Shown here piece after piece: positions 30,145-41,294 of a stretch of DNA of 64,000 bases (position 1 is its first letter; each line of letters starts with the position of its first letter). Source of the DNA: an uncultured delta proteobacterium (GTDB taxonomy: Bacteria > Desulfobacterota > Desulfobacteria > Desulfobacterales > Desulfatirhabdiaceae); assembly GCA_963789395.1 (NCBI GenBank), contig CAWBKP010000020.1, positions 32,001-96,000 on the forward strand, in the 5' to 3' direction. The notes under the pieces are model-generated. The model was given only the letters and a program-made list of their open reading frames with translations. It ran no database searches and was not told the origin of the DNA. The translations under genes and the position numbers were made by a program.

Positions 30145-31278
30145 TTATTTCCGGTTGGCGTATTCCGCATATGTCATGGCCACCGTCCGATAGACCAGAT
30201 GCGCCAGTTTGGAAAAAGGCAGATAGGCAAACAGACAGAAAATGAAGATCAGGTGGATGAAATACATGGCATAAGACACCCCTGCCAGTCCTCCGAGCCG
30301 GGTCATTTCCGTCAGCATGCCGGTCAGTCCCAACCCAAGGGCAAGGCCCAAAAGAGACCAGTCCTTGTAGCTGGAAACGGAATCTTTCTGGGAAAGCCGG
30401 TTTTTTATCATCAGCACGCTGCCGATAACCAGCGCAATGCCGCTGAAATTGGCCAGCCACTTGACCGGGTTGAGCTGGGAATACGGTCCGTGAATCTGAA
30501 ATACATACAGAACGACAAAAAAGATGTTTGTAACGATGAACAGGCCGATAAATCCGAACAGCACCATCATGTGCGCGGTGGATCGTTCCCGGTTTTCCGT
30601 GCATTCATTGAATTTGTCATGTTTCAGGATCGTGGGAATGATGCGAAGAAATGCTTTTCCAAATTCCAGCGGATCAATCGATTTCTTGTCGGTCTTTCCT
30701 TCCTGAATCGCATTGGCATGAATGTCCGCCAGAAATCGTTTGAGGCCCAGCGCAAAAACAGCCACAGCCCATAGAAAAGCAGGAATCATGATCATGTCAA
30801 CAAGCCAGGAAGAGAAAAAATGCGAATGGACAATTTCATCTCCACCCGGTGTAAAGTCGAGCAGGCCGGTGATGAGGCCAAGAACAATAAATATCACAAC
30901 GGGAATGGCCATGAGAATCGGAAGTTTTTTGGGGTCGTTCACCGCTTTTCCCAGAGCCTTGGGAATGGCGTATTCGGAAACCGCATAGGCGCGAATGGCC
31001 GAAAGCACATCGCCGGGTTTTGCGCCGCGCGGGCAGCGGGTCGAACAATCCCCGCAGTTGTGGCACAGCCAGATATCGGCATTTCCGACCAGTTTGTCTT
31101 TTAAGCCCCAGGATGCCGCAATCATTTCTTTTCGGGGAAACGGCTTGGTATCCGGGGAAATGGGGCAGACCACGGAGCAGGTGGCGCACTGATAGCATTT
31201 CTTCAGATCGCCGCCGCCAAGCGCGGCAACTTCTTTGATAAACCCCATATCTGGCTCAACAAGATACGCATCAGACAT
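30145..31278 (-). CDS. qmoC: QmoC, membrane subunit of the quinone-interacting oxidoreductase
   Basis: CYQCATCSVVCP and CHNCGDCSTRCP (HdrC-like), followed by an HdrE-like multi-TM domain ending YLPFSKLAHLVYR. Operon context. Confidence 0.95.
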   Translation of the reverse strand: MSDAYLVEPDMGFIKEVAALGGGDLKKCYQCATCSVVCPISPDTKPFPRKEMIAASWGLKDKLVGNADIWLCHNCGDCSTRCPRGAKPGDVLSAIRAYAVSEYAIPKALGKAVNDPKKLPILMAIPVVIFIVLGLITGLLDFTPGGDEIVHSHFFSSWLVDMIMIPAFLWAVAVFALGLKRFLADIHANAIQEGKTDKKSIDPLEFGKAFLRIIPTILKHDKFNECTENRERSTAHMMVLFGFIGLFIVTNIFFVVLYVFQIHGPYSQLNPVKWLANFSGIALVIGSVLMIKNRLSQKDSVSSYKDWSLLGLALGLGLTGMLTEMTRLGGLAGVSYAMYFIHLIFIFCLFAYLPFSKLAHLVYRTVAMTYAEYANRK

Positions 31279-31302
31279 GATTAATCCTCCTTAAAAAAGG
31301 CT

Positions 31303-31370
31303 GAAAGAGCGTGAGAGCGTATAAAGCGTTACGGTCAAAACCCTTTCAACGCACTCAGCCCTCTCACGGT
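31303..31370. repeat. Degenerate 8-9-mer repeats in inverted arrangement between qmoB and qmoC
   Basis: GAAAGAGC GTGAGAGC GTATAAAGC GTT ... AACGCACTC AGCCCTCTC ACG. Confidence 0.45.
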
Positions 31371-31380
31371 CTGTATTAGT

Positions 31381-33693
31381 TTAGAAACCCTTCAAGGGGT
31401 TCGGTCCCATATCTGTGACGAGTTTGACAAAATCGTTGATGATCGTGGGAACTTTATCGAATTCATCAATGGCGATTTCAAACTGGGCGACCCGCTCCAC
31501 TTCAAGCGCCAGGCTTGCCAGGGCCTCGCCGATTTTTTTCATGCGGATGCTGGCCAGTTCACTGCCCTTGACAAAATGGCACTGGTAATCGTCGCCATGC
31601 TTGCAGCCCAGAACAAAGACGCCGTCCATGCCTTTGGACAGGGCTTCCTTGATCCAGATGACATTGACGGAGCCCAGGCAGCGAATCGGAATCAGCCGGA
31701 CATCCGCGGAAAACTGCAGCCGGTTCAGGCCGGCAATGTCGATGGCCGGATAGGCATCGTTTTCACAGACCAGGCCCAGAATCCGCATCGGCGGCTCATC
31801 AAAGTCGTCTGTCTGAGGGAACCTCGATGGCCTTGACCATGGAGCCGATGCTGTCGATATTGTAGTCCGCAAAGCCGATGATCCGCTCGGGGCAGGCGCC
31901 CATGCAGGTTCCGCAGCGTCTGCACCGGGTGGGATTGGGCTTTGGCGTGCCTTTTTCATCATCATCCAGGGCGCCGAACGGACATTCTTCGGTGCATCGC
32001 TTGCACTGGGTGCATCTTTGAAAAAAGAAATCCGGAAAAGACATGTCTCCGGACCTGGGGTGAACCGCAACCCCGCGGTTGGTGGACTCGATGCACTGAA
32101 TGGCTTTCAGGGCCGCGCCGGCGGCATCTTCCATGGATTCTTCCATGGTCAGGCCGCGGCGGATGCATCCTGCCGCATAGACACCGGTTCTCTGGGTTTC
32201 ATAGGGAAAGCAGATAAAATTGGAATCCGCATATCCATTAAAAATGGCGTTATCCCGGAATCCGGGTCCCTGGCGGTAAGCCAGATTCACCACCGGATCA
32301 TCCACGGTCGCCGGCACCATGCCGGTACCCAGAACCACCATGTCGGCCTTTACCTGAATCTTTTCTCCCAGAAGGGTATTGTCGGCTTCAACAACCAGGC
32401 CGGACCCGTTTTGAGAAACACTGGCTGACTTCTCCCTTGGTCAGGAAAATGCCGGGGTCCTGCTGCAGGCTTTTGTAGAAAAGTTCCTGAAAGTCCGGGG
32501 GTTTTCATGTGCTGATAGAAAATATAGGCCTTGCCGTCCGGGTAATCCTCCCGGACATATTTGGCCTGTTTCAGCGCAACCATGCTGGTGATGGAACCCG
32601 TATAGGCAAAGTCCTTGTCATCTCCCTGTCCCGGGCTTTGAATAAACACGACGGACTGGGCTTCCTTGCCGTCCGAGGGGCGCAGGATTTTGCCCTTGGC
32701 AGCGATTTCTTCAAACTGGTGATTGGTGACCACATCGGCAATGGCCCCATAGCCAAGATGGGCGAATTCGCCTTCAGCGGGCAAATAGGGCCGCCAGCCG
32801 GCAGCCAGAACCACGGCGCCGAATTTTTCGCCATTGGGATCCAGGGACAGAATGTCGTTTTTGCCCTTGTTGAATTCTTTATACAGCTCGTTCAGTTTGT
32901 CCTTATCCAGTTCCTTGCCGTTTTCATCCACTTTCATTTCCGGCGGCAGCGGAAACGGAACGTCAAATTCCAGCGCTTCGCCGGGTTTTTTCAGGGTCAC
33001 GGTAAAATCGCCGGGTTGTCCGGCAATACGGGCTACGGTTGTGTTCGGTTTTTACCGTGATGTTGGAGAAGGATTCGACTTCACGGATTTTATCCGCAAT
33101 CACCGGGGAAATCAGGCTTCGTATAGGGCTGGTTGACCGGCAGTTGTTTGCGGATTTTGGCGGCATATCCGCCGAGCTTGGCTTCTTTTTCAACGATGGT
33201 GACATCGTAGCCGACTTTTGCCGCATCCAGGGCCGCGGAAATGCCGGTGATGCCGCCGCCGATGACCAGAATCTTTCTTGGTAAAATTTTCCAGCTTGTA
33301 AGGTTCGGGGAGTTGAATTTTTTCAACCTTGACCATGCCCATCTTGAGATAATCATTGGCCAGCATCTGGGTATGGTTGATTTCAAGGGATTTGTCGCCT
33401 TTGGGATGGGACCATACCACCTGTTCTCTCAGGTTCACCCGATCCACGATGCATCCGTCAAAACGGAAAATATCAAAATTGACCCGGCGGGAGCAGGCTG
33501 CGATGACCAGGGTATTGACGCCTTCTTCGCTGATGTCTTTTTTAAGCATGTCAACGCCGTCCTTGCCGCAAAGAAACGGATGGGTCTTGGCTGTTTTGCG
33601 TGCTTTTTTGACCGTAGCGCACAGGCCGTCAATGTCCAGGGAATCTCCGATTCCGCAACCCGTGCAGATATAAACGCCATATTTTTTATCCAT
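31381..33693 (-). CDS. qmoB: QmoB (HdrA-like FAD/FeS plus MvhD-like domain), about 5 indels
   Basis: GVYICTGCGI, IAACSRR, ILVIGGGITG, CTQCKRCTEECP, CRRCGTCMGACP, VCENDAYPA, IRCLGSV, GCKHGDDYQCHF. Confidence 0.93.
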
Positions 33694-33703
33694 GGTTAAC
33701 CTC

Positions 33704-34982
33704 CTACCTCCTTACCAGAGTTTGAATGGCTTTAAGGGCCATGCCCGTCGCATTCTGATTGGATGACACCACATCCGCAGGCTTATTGGCGCATCCAGCA
33801 GCAAACATTCCGCCTTTGACAAAGTCGTTCACGATAAAGCCGTCTTCCGTATAGGTCAGATCGGCCGGAAGTTTGGCAAGGGCCGCTGTCGGCTGCATAC
33901 CGGTTGCCAGGACGACCATATCCACGGTCTGGCGGATTTTCTCGCCGGTTACGGCGTTTTCAGCCACGACCGTAACATTGCGGGAACTGGAGTCTTCGCT
34001 GACTTCGGCGACTTTTCCCTTGATAAAGAAGACATTTTTGTCCGCCTTGATATTCTCGTAGAATTTTTCGTAGCGGTAACCCGGGGTGCGAAGATCGATA
34101 TAGAAAATATAGATCTTGGCATCCGGATACTGTTCGCGGATGTAGGTGACGTGTTTGAGGGAGGCCATGCAGCAGATATAGGAGCAGTACGGCAGATGGT
34201 TTTCATCCCGGGAGCCGGCGCACTGGACAAAGGCAATGCTTTCCGGCGCTTTCTGGTCCGAGGGCCGGGTGATCTTGCCGCAGGTGGGGCCGTTGGTGGA
34301 GGCCAGTCTTTCCAGCATCATGTTGGTGATGATATTGGGATAGCGGCCAAAGCCGAGATTGTCGATCTTGCCGGCATCGTAAGGCGCCCAGCCGGTTGCC
34401 CACACCACGGCGCCGACTTTCAGGTTGATGGTTTTGGCGGCCATGTCCAGATCAATCGCGTCATATTTGCAGGCTTCCTTGCACCGCTTGGCATCTTCGG
34501 TGCCGATGATCTGCGGGGCAAGAACAAAACGGGCCGGCATGGACAGGTCATTGGGAAGATAGGCGCCCTTGATCTTGTTCATGCCGAAATTGAAATCCGA
34601 TGAGATTTCCGTCTGACAGGCCGCTGCGCAATCGCCGCAGCAGGTGCAGTTTTCATTGACATACCGGGGGTTGATGCGGATGCTGGCATCGTAATTTCCG
34701 GGAGCTGCCGCTGATTTTCTCGACTTCGGCCAGTGTCAGCACTTTGATTTTGGGATTGTCCTTGATTCTTCGAAAATTGATCTCAAGGCCGCAGGACGGA
34801 GGACATAGCTTGGGGAAATACTGATTCAACTGCGCTACTCTTCCGCCCAGGTAAGGATTTTTTTCGACCAGGAACACCTCGTATCCCACTTCGGCAGCTT
34901 CGATGGCAGTGGTCAGTCCGCTGATCCCGCCACCAACTACCAAAATGCTTCCACTAGCAGGGGCTGCTTTGTCTGCTGTCAT
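33704..34982 (-). CDS. qmoA: QmoA (HdrA-like), one indel near 34700
   Basis: ILVVGGGISG, YFPKLCPPSCGLE, CTCCGDCAAAC, FVQCAGSRDENHLPYCSYICC, MVVLATGM. Confidence 0.93.
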
Positions 34983-35029
34983 GCTATCCCTCCGTGCATT
35001 ATAAGGTTTGGGTTTGTTTTTCTGTTACA

Positions 35030-35109
35030 AGTTTTAAGTGTTAGGTTTTAAGTTTTGATGGCGATGTTGCCCGTGTCAGGCTTAAAACTTAAAACTTAAA
35101 ACTTAAAAC
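35030..35109. repeat. Inverted heptamer arrays (TTTTAAG)n...(CTTAAAA)4
   Basis: GTTTTAAGTGTTAGGTTTTAAGTTTTGA ... CTTAAAACTTAAAACTTAAAACTTAAAAC in the aprA-qmoA spacer. Confidence 0.8.
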
Positions 35110-35116
35110 ATGGTTT

Positions 35117-35153
35117 AAAAAAAACCTCCAGGCATCCGAAGATACCTGGAGGT
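35117..35153 (-). terminator. Intrinsic terminator after aprA
   Basis: Minus strand ACCTCCAGGTATC-TTCG-GATGCCTGGAGG followed by T8. Confidence 0.85.
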
Positions 35154-35194
35154 GTAATTATCCTGCTAAACTACGTCAATGGGTGTTTCCATGA

Positions 35195-37168
35195 TTAGGC
35201 AATCAGTTTGATGTAGTCTTTCTTGAAGACATCCCATTTGCCCGCTGCCGGATCATACTTGGAGTTGACAAAGCAGAACCAGTTGGCGTCATCCTGTCCG
35301 GGATAATCGGCCTGATAATAGAATCCGGGATAACGGGTTTCTTTCCGGAACTGGATGTGACGAAGGTGAGCTTCGACCGTCCAGATGCGGTGATAGATTT
35401 CCCAGGCTCTCATCAGTTCATGAAGGTCGCCGGCAGCCAGTTTCTCGCAGTCTTCGCGCATGGTGGCCAGAAGGTCCATGACGATTTCAAGGCTCTTGGA
35501 GCTGGTCTGATAGAATGTAGCCGTTCCAGCGCCGTATTCATGGGTGGCCTTCATCAGGCGAAGGGCCATGCCGGAGGGTTTGACATAGTTGGGGTTAATA
35601 TCAACCGCAGTGGTGTAAGCGCAGTTGTCAAGATAGGTTCTGACCGGTTTGTAAACCATGTCAACCAGTTCTTTGGCGGACTGTTTGATGGCGGGTTTGA
35701 AATCCGCATTGTCGCGAACGAATTTCACCATCTGTTTGGCAACCATACGGCCTTCGGCATGGGAGCCGGAGGAGAATTTGTGGCCGGAGCAGCCAACGCC
35801 GTCACCTGAGGTAAAGAGACCGACGACAGTGGTCATGCGGTTATAAACTTTGCCTTTGTGGCCCCATTTGTAAGAAGCCGGGACCCAGTCTTCATCCGGA
35901 CCGGAAACCCACATACCGCAGCAGCCGGAGTGTGAACCCAGAAGATACGGTTCGGTCGGCATAACTTCGGAGTTTTTCTTTTCAGGTTCGGTGTTGGTGG
36001 CGCACCACAGGTTGGCCTGACCGCAGGTCATATCCAGGAAGTCTTCCCATGCTTCGGACTCAAGGTGTTTGAGTTCTTTCTTGTCCATGGTTTTTCCAAG
36101 AGCTGCCAGAGCCGTAACCGTATCCATGATGATCGGGCCGCGTCCTGCCTTCATTTCAAACAGCATCAGGTGGTTACGCAGACAGGTCGGGGTAACGGCG
36201 GCCGTGCCGTAAGGCGCGTATTTTTCCAGTTCTGCCTTGGCGGCGTCGCTGGCTGCAAAATTTTCACCCAGACCATTGAGGGTCTTGGCTTTGAACAGCA
36301 GGAACCATGCACCAACCGGGCCGTAACCGTCTTTAAAACGGGCCGGGGTGAAACGGTTTTCCATCATGGAAAGTTCGGCGCCGACTTTCATGGCCATGGT
36401 GTAGGTGGAACCGGCGTTCCATACCGGATACCATGCGCGGCCTTTGCCTTCACCGACGGAACGGGGCTGATAAATATTGACAGCGCCGCCGCAGGCAACC
36501 ATGATGGTTTTGGCTTTGATGATATAAACGATGTTTTCACGAACCGAGAAACCCACTGCGCCGGCAACCTGATTGGCGTTGTTGGCGTCCAGCAGCAGCT
36601 CGACGATGAAGCAGCGTTCAATGATATTGTCCATTCCCAGAGCCGTCTTGGCAGCTTCAGCAACGATTCTCTTGTAAGATTCGCCGTTGATCATGATCTG
36701 CCATTTGCCGGTGCGAACCGGTGTGGCCCCGCCTTTCAGGGAGCCCATTTCAAGGCCTTTTTTGCCGTCCAGGGTTTTTCCGGCTTCGTCTTTTTTCCAG
36801 ATCGGAAGGCCCCATTCTTCAAACAGATGAACAGAGTCATCCACGTGGCGGCCAAGGTCGAAAATAAGGTCTTCGCGAACCAGACCCATCAAGTCGTTAC
36901 GAACCATCCGGACATAGTCTTCCGGGCTGTTGGTGCCGATATAGGTGTTGATGGCGGAAAGGCCCTGTGCTACGGCGCCGCTTCTGTCCATGGCGGCTTT
37001 GTCGCAAAGCAGGATCTTGGTGTCGTCGGATGCCCATTTTTTGACTTCAAATGCCGTGCCGCAGGCTGCCATGCCGCCGCCGACAATCAGAATATCAACT
37101 TCGCGTTCTACAACTTTTGGATCTCTTTCGGCCTTGGTTTCACCCAAAATTTTGTTCGGTAATGCCAT
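35195..37168 (-). CDS. aprA: Adenylylsulfate reductase alpha subunit
   Basis: GGGMAACG, RSGAVAQGLSAINTY, GKWQIMINGESYK, GRAWYPVWNAGS, ARFKDGYGPVG, PTEPYLLGSH, HKFSSGSHAEGR. Confidence 0.98.
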   Translation of the reverse strand: MALPNKILGETKAERDPKVVEREVDILIVGGGMAACGTAFEVKKWASDDTKILLCDKAAMDRSGAVAQGLSAINTYIGTNSPEDYVRMVRNDLMGLVREDLIFDLGRHVDDSVHLFEEWGLPIWKKDEAGKTLDGKKGLEMGSLKGGATPVRTGKWQIMINGESYKRIVAEAAKTALGMDNIIERCFIVELLLDANNANQVAGAVGFSVRENIVYIIKAKTIMVACGGAVNIYQPRSVGEGKGRAWYPVWNAGSTYTMAMKVGAELSMMENRFTPARFKDGYGPVGAWFLLFKAKTLNGLGENFAASDAAKAELEKYAPYGTAAVTPTCLRNHLMLFEMKAGRGPIIMDTVTALAALGKTMDKKELKHLESEAWEDFLDMTCGQANLWCATNTEPEKKNSEVMPTEPYLLGSHSGCCGMWVSGPDEDWVPASYKWGHKGKVYNRMTTVVGLFTSGDGVGCSGHKFSSGSHAEGRMVAKQMVKFVRDNADFKPAIKQSAKELVDMVYKPVRTYLDNCAYTTAVDINPNYVKPSGMALRLMKATHEYGAGTATFYQTSSKSLEIVMDLLATMREDCEKLAAGDLHELMRAWEIYHRIWTVEAHLRHIQFRKETRYPGFYYQADYPGQDDANWFCFVNSKYDPAAGKWDVFKKDYIKLIA

Positions 37169-37237
37169 GTTATATCCTCCTCAAAAATTATATTTGATTC
37201 AAAGAGATGATCGAATAAATAATCCGATGCTGATGGG

Positions 37238-37673
37238 TTAGACCAATGTCGGTTTAAGCAATTTGCATGCCGTCTGCTTCTTCTGTTGAAAGCAGCTGGC
37301 TGTCCAGGTCTTTGCCTTTCAGGGACAGATAACCATTGGCCTGGCCTTCCGGAGTGGTGCGGATGGGGAACTTGAAGCGTTTGATGGTTCCGTTTCTGAA
37401 CTTGCAGGTCCAGACAACATCTTCGGTGCTCATCAGCGGCATGATGCTGCTTCCCAGCGGTACGAAATCGGAATAGCCACGGACTTCAATGGCCTGGGTG
37501 GGGCAAATCTTTACGCAGGAAAAACATTCCCAGCACTGATCGGGTTCCTGATTGTACGCTTTCATGGCGTTGGGATCGAGAACCATCAGGTCATTGGGGC
37601 AAATGTACATACATGCGGTTTTGTCTCCGCCTTTGCAACCATCACATTTTTCTGCAATTACAAAACTTGGCAT
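37238..37673 (-). CDS. aprB: Adenylylsulfate reductase beta subunit (possible C-terminal indel; track stop at 37254)
   Basis: MPSFVIAEKCDGCKGGDKTACMYICP...CWECFSCVKICP...KRFKFPIRTTPEG. Confidence 0.97.
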
Positions 37674-37946
37674 TTAAAATACCTCCATTGTTTGTTGGCT
37701 TTTCATAAGTTCAAGTTAATACGCGAATGCAAATTCCGGTAGCACTAAGATTAGGTCTGTTCAGCACCTCCCTTCATTTCTCTGCGGCCGCTGCTGTAGG
37801 CCGCTGTCTAATTTGCAGCGAATGGGTTAAAAGTGCTCAATTAAAGGAAAAAAATGAAATCGACTTGATATAACCATCTGGAATTTATCTCAAATGGCAT
37901 GGTAATTACTTTAAATTACAACACAATAATATCATATAAGGTTACA

Positions 37947-37975
37947 TGAATATCACCCGGTGTTTTTCTTGTCAA
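37947..37975 (-). promoter_or_regulatory. Candidate sigma70 promoter of aprBA
   Basis: Minus-strand TTGACA, 17-bp spacer, TATTCA; implies a ~270-nt 5' leader. Confidence 0.45.
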
Positions 37976-38295
37976 GCACTTTTGGAAATAGTCGCAGATT
38001 CGAATGCAATCAAATTCCGTGGATGTCCGCAGGGGATTCACCGCGGTTTTCGCGGTAAATATCTTGCCAAAAAAATAATAACTCCATAATATTCAGCCTC
38101 AGATCCATTCATGACACGATATTGCTGGCAAAATGTCTTGCGAATAACGATGATAACGCCATCATATTGGTAACCGTATGGAAATGTATAATTCGGGCGA
38201 TATAAAGATCAAGATTGAAACTAACGGGATATTGGCATCCTCAGGATGTCGTCATTTCTTCGAAAAGAACCATAATCATCAATAATAGGGTAGTT

Positions 38296-39154
38296 ATGAC
38301 CACAACCGCATCGGATTGCAATTTGTTTACAGGCGCAAAGCGCTATGTTCTGGATGAAGAGCTGGCAAGAATCGTCAATATCTCGATGGCGCTGGAAATG
38401 CCGCTGCTTTTAAAAGGAGAGCCGGGGACCGGCAAGACCATGCTGGCCCATGCCATTGCAGAGGTTCTTCAGATGCCGCTGATCATTCTCAATGTCAAAT
38501 CCAGCATGAAACTGGTGGAAGCCCTGTATCAGTACGACACCCTGACGCGCCTCAATGACAGCCGGTTCGGCGACTCCAAGCGGGATGTCAGCAATATCGA
38601 GGATTATATCAAGATGGGAAAAATCGGCCAGGCATTTACCGCCGATACCCGAACGGTGCTGCTGATCGATGAAATCGACAAGGCGGATACGGATTTTCAG
38701 GACGACATGCTGGATGTCCTGGATCAGATGGAATTTGATATCATTGAAATCGATAAAACCATCCAGGCCAGACACCGGCCGGTGTTCATCATTACCTCCA
38801 ACGCCAAGAAAGACCTTTCGGATCCGTTTCTGGGCCGGTGCAATTTTCATCATATCGCCTTTCCGGATCCCAAGATGATGCGCCAGATCATCAAAGTCCA
38901 TTTTCCGGAACTGGACAACGAACTGACGGAAAACGCCATTGCCGCGTTTTACAAGCTTCGGGAACTCGAGGCGGTTGAAAAACGTCCGGCGACCCGCGAG
39001 CTGATCAACTGGATTCGGGCCTTGTCCGCTGATCCCGGACTTTAAACCCAGCCGGCTGGCAAAAGGCGATGTGCCGTTTATGGGCATTCTCTTTAAAAAA
39101 AGCCAGGATTTTACCCGTGCGGCCAATGCCGTCAGCCGCAGGCGATTGTTTTAG
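38296..39154 (+). CDS. MoxR-family AAA+ ATPase (indel near 39035)
   Basis: PLLLKGEPGTGKT, LYQYDTLTRLNDS, LLIDEIDKAD, IITSNAKKDLSDPFLGRC. Confidence 0.88.
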
Positions 39155-39228
39155 GGTATCTGAGGAAGGTCGTGGCCGACTTTTTTAGCCTTCATGTACC
39201 GTTGTATGGTTACTACAGGAAAAAGCTT

Positions 39229-40421
39229 ATGTTTGTGGATTTTTTTTATCAGATCAAGGAAGCCGGCATCCCCGTCAGCCCCACTTCTTTTTTGACCCTT
39301 CACCGGGCGCTTCGGCAGGGGCTGGTCACCAGCCTGGAAGATTTTTACACGGCTTCCCGGTCCATTCTGGTGAAAAGCGAGCGGTATTTCGACGTTTTGA
39401 CCAGGTATTCGCCCACCATTTCAAGGGCGCGGAAATGCCGGATCAGGAGGGGTTCGCCCTGGATGAAATGGCCAGAAATCTGCTGGATACCTGGCTGCAG
39501 GATCCCAAACTTCTGGCCGAAGCCCTGGGCATCGATGAATCGGAACTGAAAAAAATGACGCCCGAGGAGCTCATCGAATATTTCAAGGAGCGCCTCAAGG
39601 AGCAAACTGAACGGCACGACGGCGGGAGCAAATGGATCGGCACCGGCGGCACATCCCCGGTGGGGCATTCCGGCCGTCACCCCGGCGGCATGCGGGTGGG
39701 CGGCATATCCCGGAACCGCTCCGCCGTAAAGGTCGCCATGGAGCGGCGTTACAGGGATTATTCCCTGGACGGCCCCCTGACCCAGGCCATGGTCGGTGAG
39801 GCCATCAAGCGCCTGCGCCACCTGGTTCCTTCCGGCCCCAAGGATCGGGTGAATGTGGAATCCACCATTTACCAGACCATGAAAAACGCCGGGGAAATTG
39901 AAATCGTCTTTGACCGGAGCCTGAAAGACCGGCTCAAGGTCATTCTGGCCATCGACAACGGCGGCTGGTCCATGGACCCCTATGTGGAGGTGGTGCAGAC
40001 CCTGTTTGATTACGCCAAAGCCCAGTTCAAGGACATCAAGACATTTTTTTTCCACAACACCATTTATGACACGCTCTGGAAAGATGCGTCCCGGTACAAG
40101 GAACCCAAGCGGGTGGAGGAATTCGCCGCATTTGACCCGGACACCCGGCTGATTCTGCTCGGGGATGCCAGCATGGCCCCGTATGAGCTCATGGCCAGGG
40201 ACGGCTCCATTCACATTGAAGAGCGCACGTCCAAACCCAGCATCGAGCGGCTGAAATTTCTGTCCGAAACCTTCAAGCACTGCGTCTGGCTGAATCCGGC
40301 GCCGGTCTCCATGTGGAATTACACCCCGACCATTTCGGCCATCGGCCGCATCTTCCCCATGTTTGAACTGTCCATCGACGGCCTGGAAAAAGCGGTTGCG
40401 CAACTGATGATGAAAAATTAA
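39229..40421 (+). CDS. VWA/CoxE-like partner of MoxR (indel near 39400)
   Basis: HDGGSKWIGTGGTSPVGHSG, DNGGWSM (MIDAS-like), FFHNTIY, GDASMAPYEL, VWLNP. Confidence 0.85.
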
Positions 40422-40578
40422 AGGAAGGGCTCGAAAAAATATCAGGAATCAACTCTTCCCGTCATTCCGACGAAGGCCGTAATCACGATTATCGCTCGAA
40501 CGCAATCGCGCAGCTGGTGCATATCGTTATTGCGGGTATATGCTCCTGTTTGATGAGAGGAAACACAGATATAACTAA

Positions 40579-41286
40579 ATGAAAGCCGTTCGTATTTCAG
40601 ATCATCATACAATCGTTTTCTTTACCGGCGCAGGTATGTCCGCCGAATGCGGTGTGCCGACGTATCGCGGAAGCGGCGGTATCTGGCATCAATACCGCTG
40701 GGAAGAATTTGCCTGCCAGGAAGCCTTTGACGCAAATCCGGAAAAAGTGCTTAAATTTCACGAACTGCGGCGAAAAAGCGTTTTTCAGTGTCAACCGCAT
40801 CCGGGGCATTATCTTCTGGCGCGGATCGAACAGGAATATCCCCGTGTTACCGTCGTGACTCAGAATATTGACGGAATGCATCAGAGAGCAGGCAGCAGGA
40901 ACGTGATTGAACTCCATGGCAGCCTGTGGCGATTGCGATGCGCAGCGCACGGAAGCTTTGAGGATATGGGAGAAACATTCAAAACCAGGAAATGCCCGGA
41001 TTGCGGGGCATGGCTCCGGCCGGACATTGTCTGGTTCGGGGATTATTTTAGTCCCGACGTAACGGATGCCGCAGCAAGCGCCATAAAAAACTGTGATCTG
41101 TTTATCAGTATCGGCACTTCCGGTGTGGTGTATCCGGCTGCCGGTTTTCCAAAGATTGCAAAAGACCGGGGGGCCCGGTGCATTGAAATCAACCCCGAAC
41201 CCAATGAAGCTTCTTATCTGTATCCTGAAACCATCCGAGAATCCGCAAGCAAGGGGTTGATGCGATTGTTTGAAGACGGCTCGTGA
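40579..41286 (+). CDS. cobB: NAD-dependent deacylase (Sir2/CobB family)
   Basis: TGAGMSAECGVPTYRG, TQNIDGMHQRAG, LHGSL, RPDIVWFG, GTSGVVYPAAG, IEINP. Confidence 0.9.
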   Translation: MKAVRISDHHTIVFFTGAGMSAECGVPTYRGSGGIWHQYRWEEFACQEAFDANPEKVLKFHELRRKSVFQCQPHPGHYLLARIEQEYPRVTVVTQNIDGMHQRAGSRNVIELHGSLWRLRCAAHGSFEDMGETFKTRKCPDCGAWLRPDIVWFGDYFSPDVTDAAASAIKNCDLFISIGTSGVVYPAAGFPKIAKDRGARCIEINPEPNEASYLYPETIRESASKGLMRLFEDGS

Positions 41287-41294
41287 ACGGCTAT

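Noticed and set aside
31381..34982. Selenocysteine read-through or programmed frameshifting in qmoA/qmoB
   Set aside because: The qmoA break I translated is a frame change with ordinary Cys codons, and the QmoB Cys motifs are intact in the fragments. There is no in-frame TGA at a Cys position, and similar breaks occur window-wide.
37895..37910. sigma54-like TGGCATGGTAATTAC upstream of moxR
   Set aside because: The -12 element lacks the conserved G (TTAC) and lies ~400 bp from the start; insufficient support.
40579..41286. Sir2 protein as an anti-phage defence gene (Thoeris/DSR-like)
   Set aside because: It is a 235-aa single-domain CobB-type sirtuin with a Zn-binding insert, and it has no defence partner genes or extra domains.
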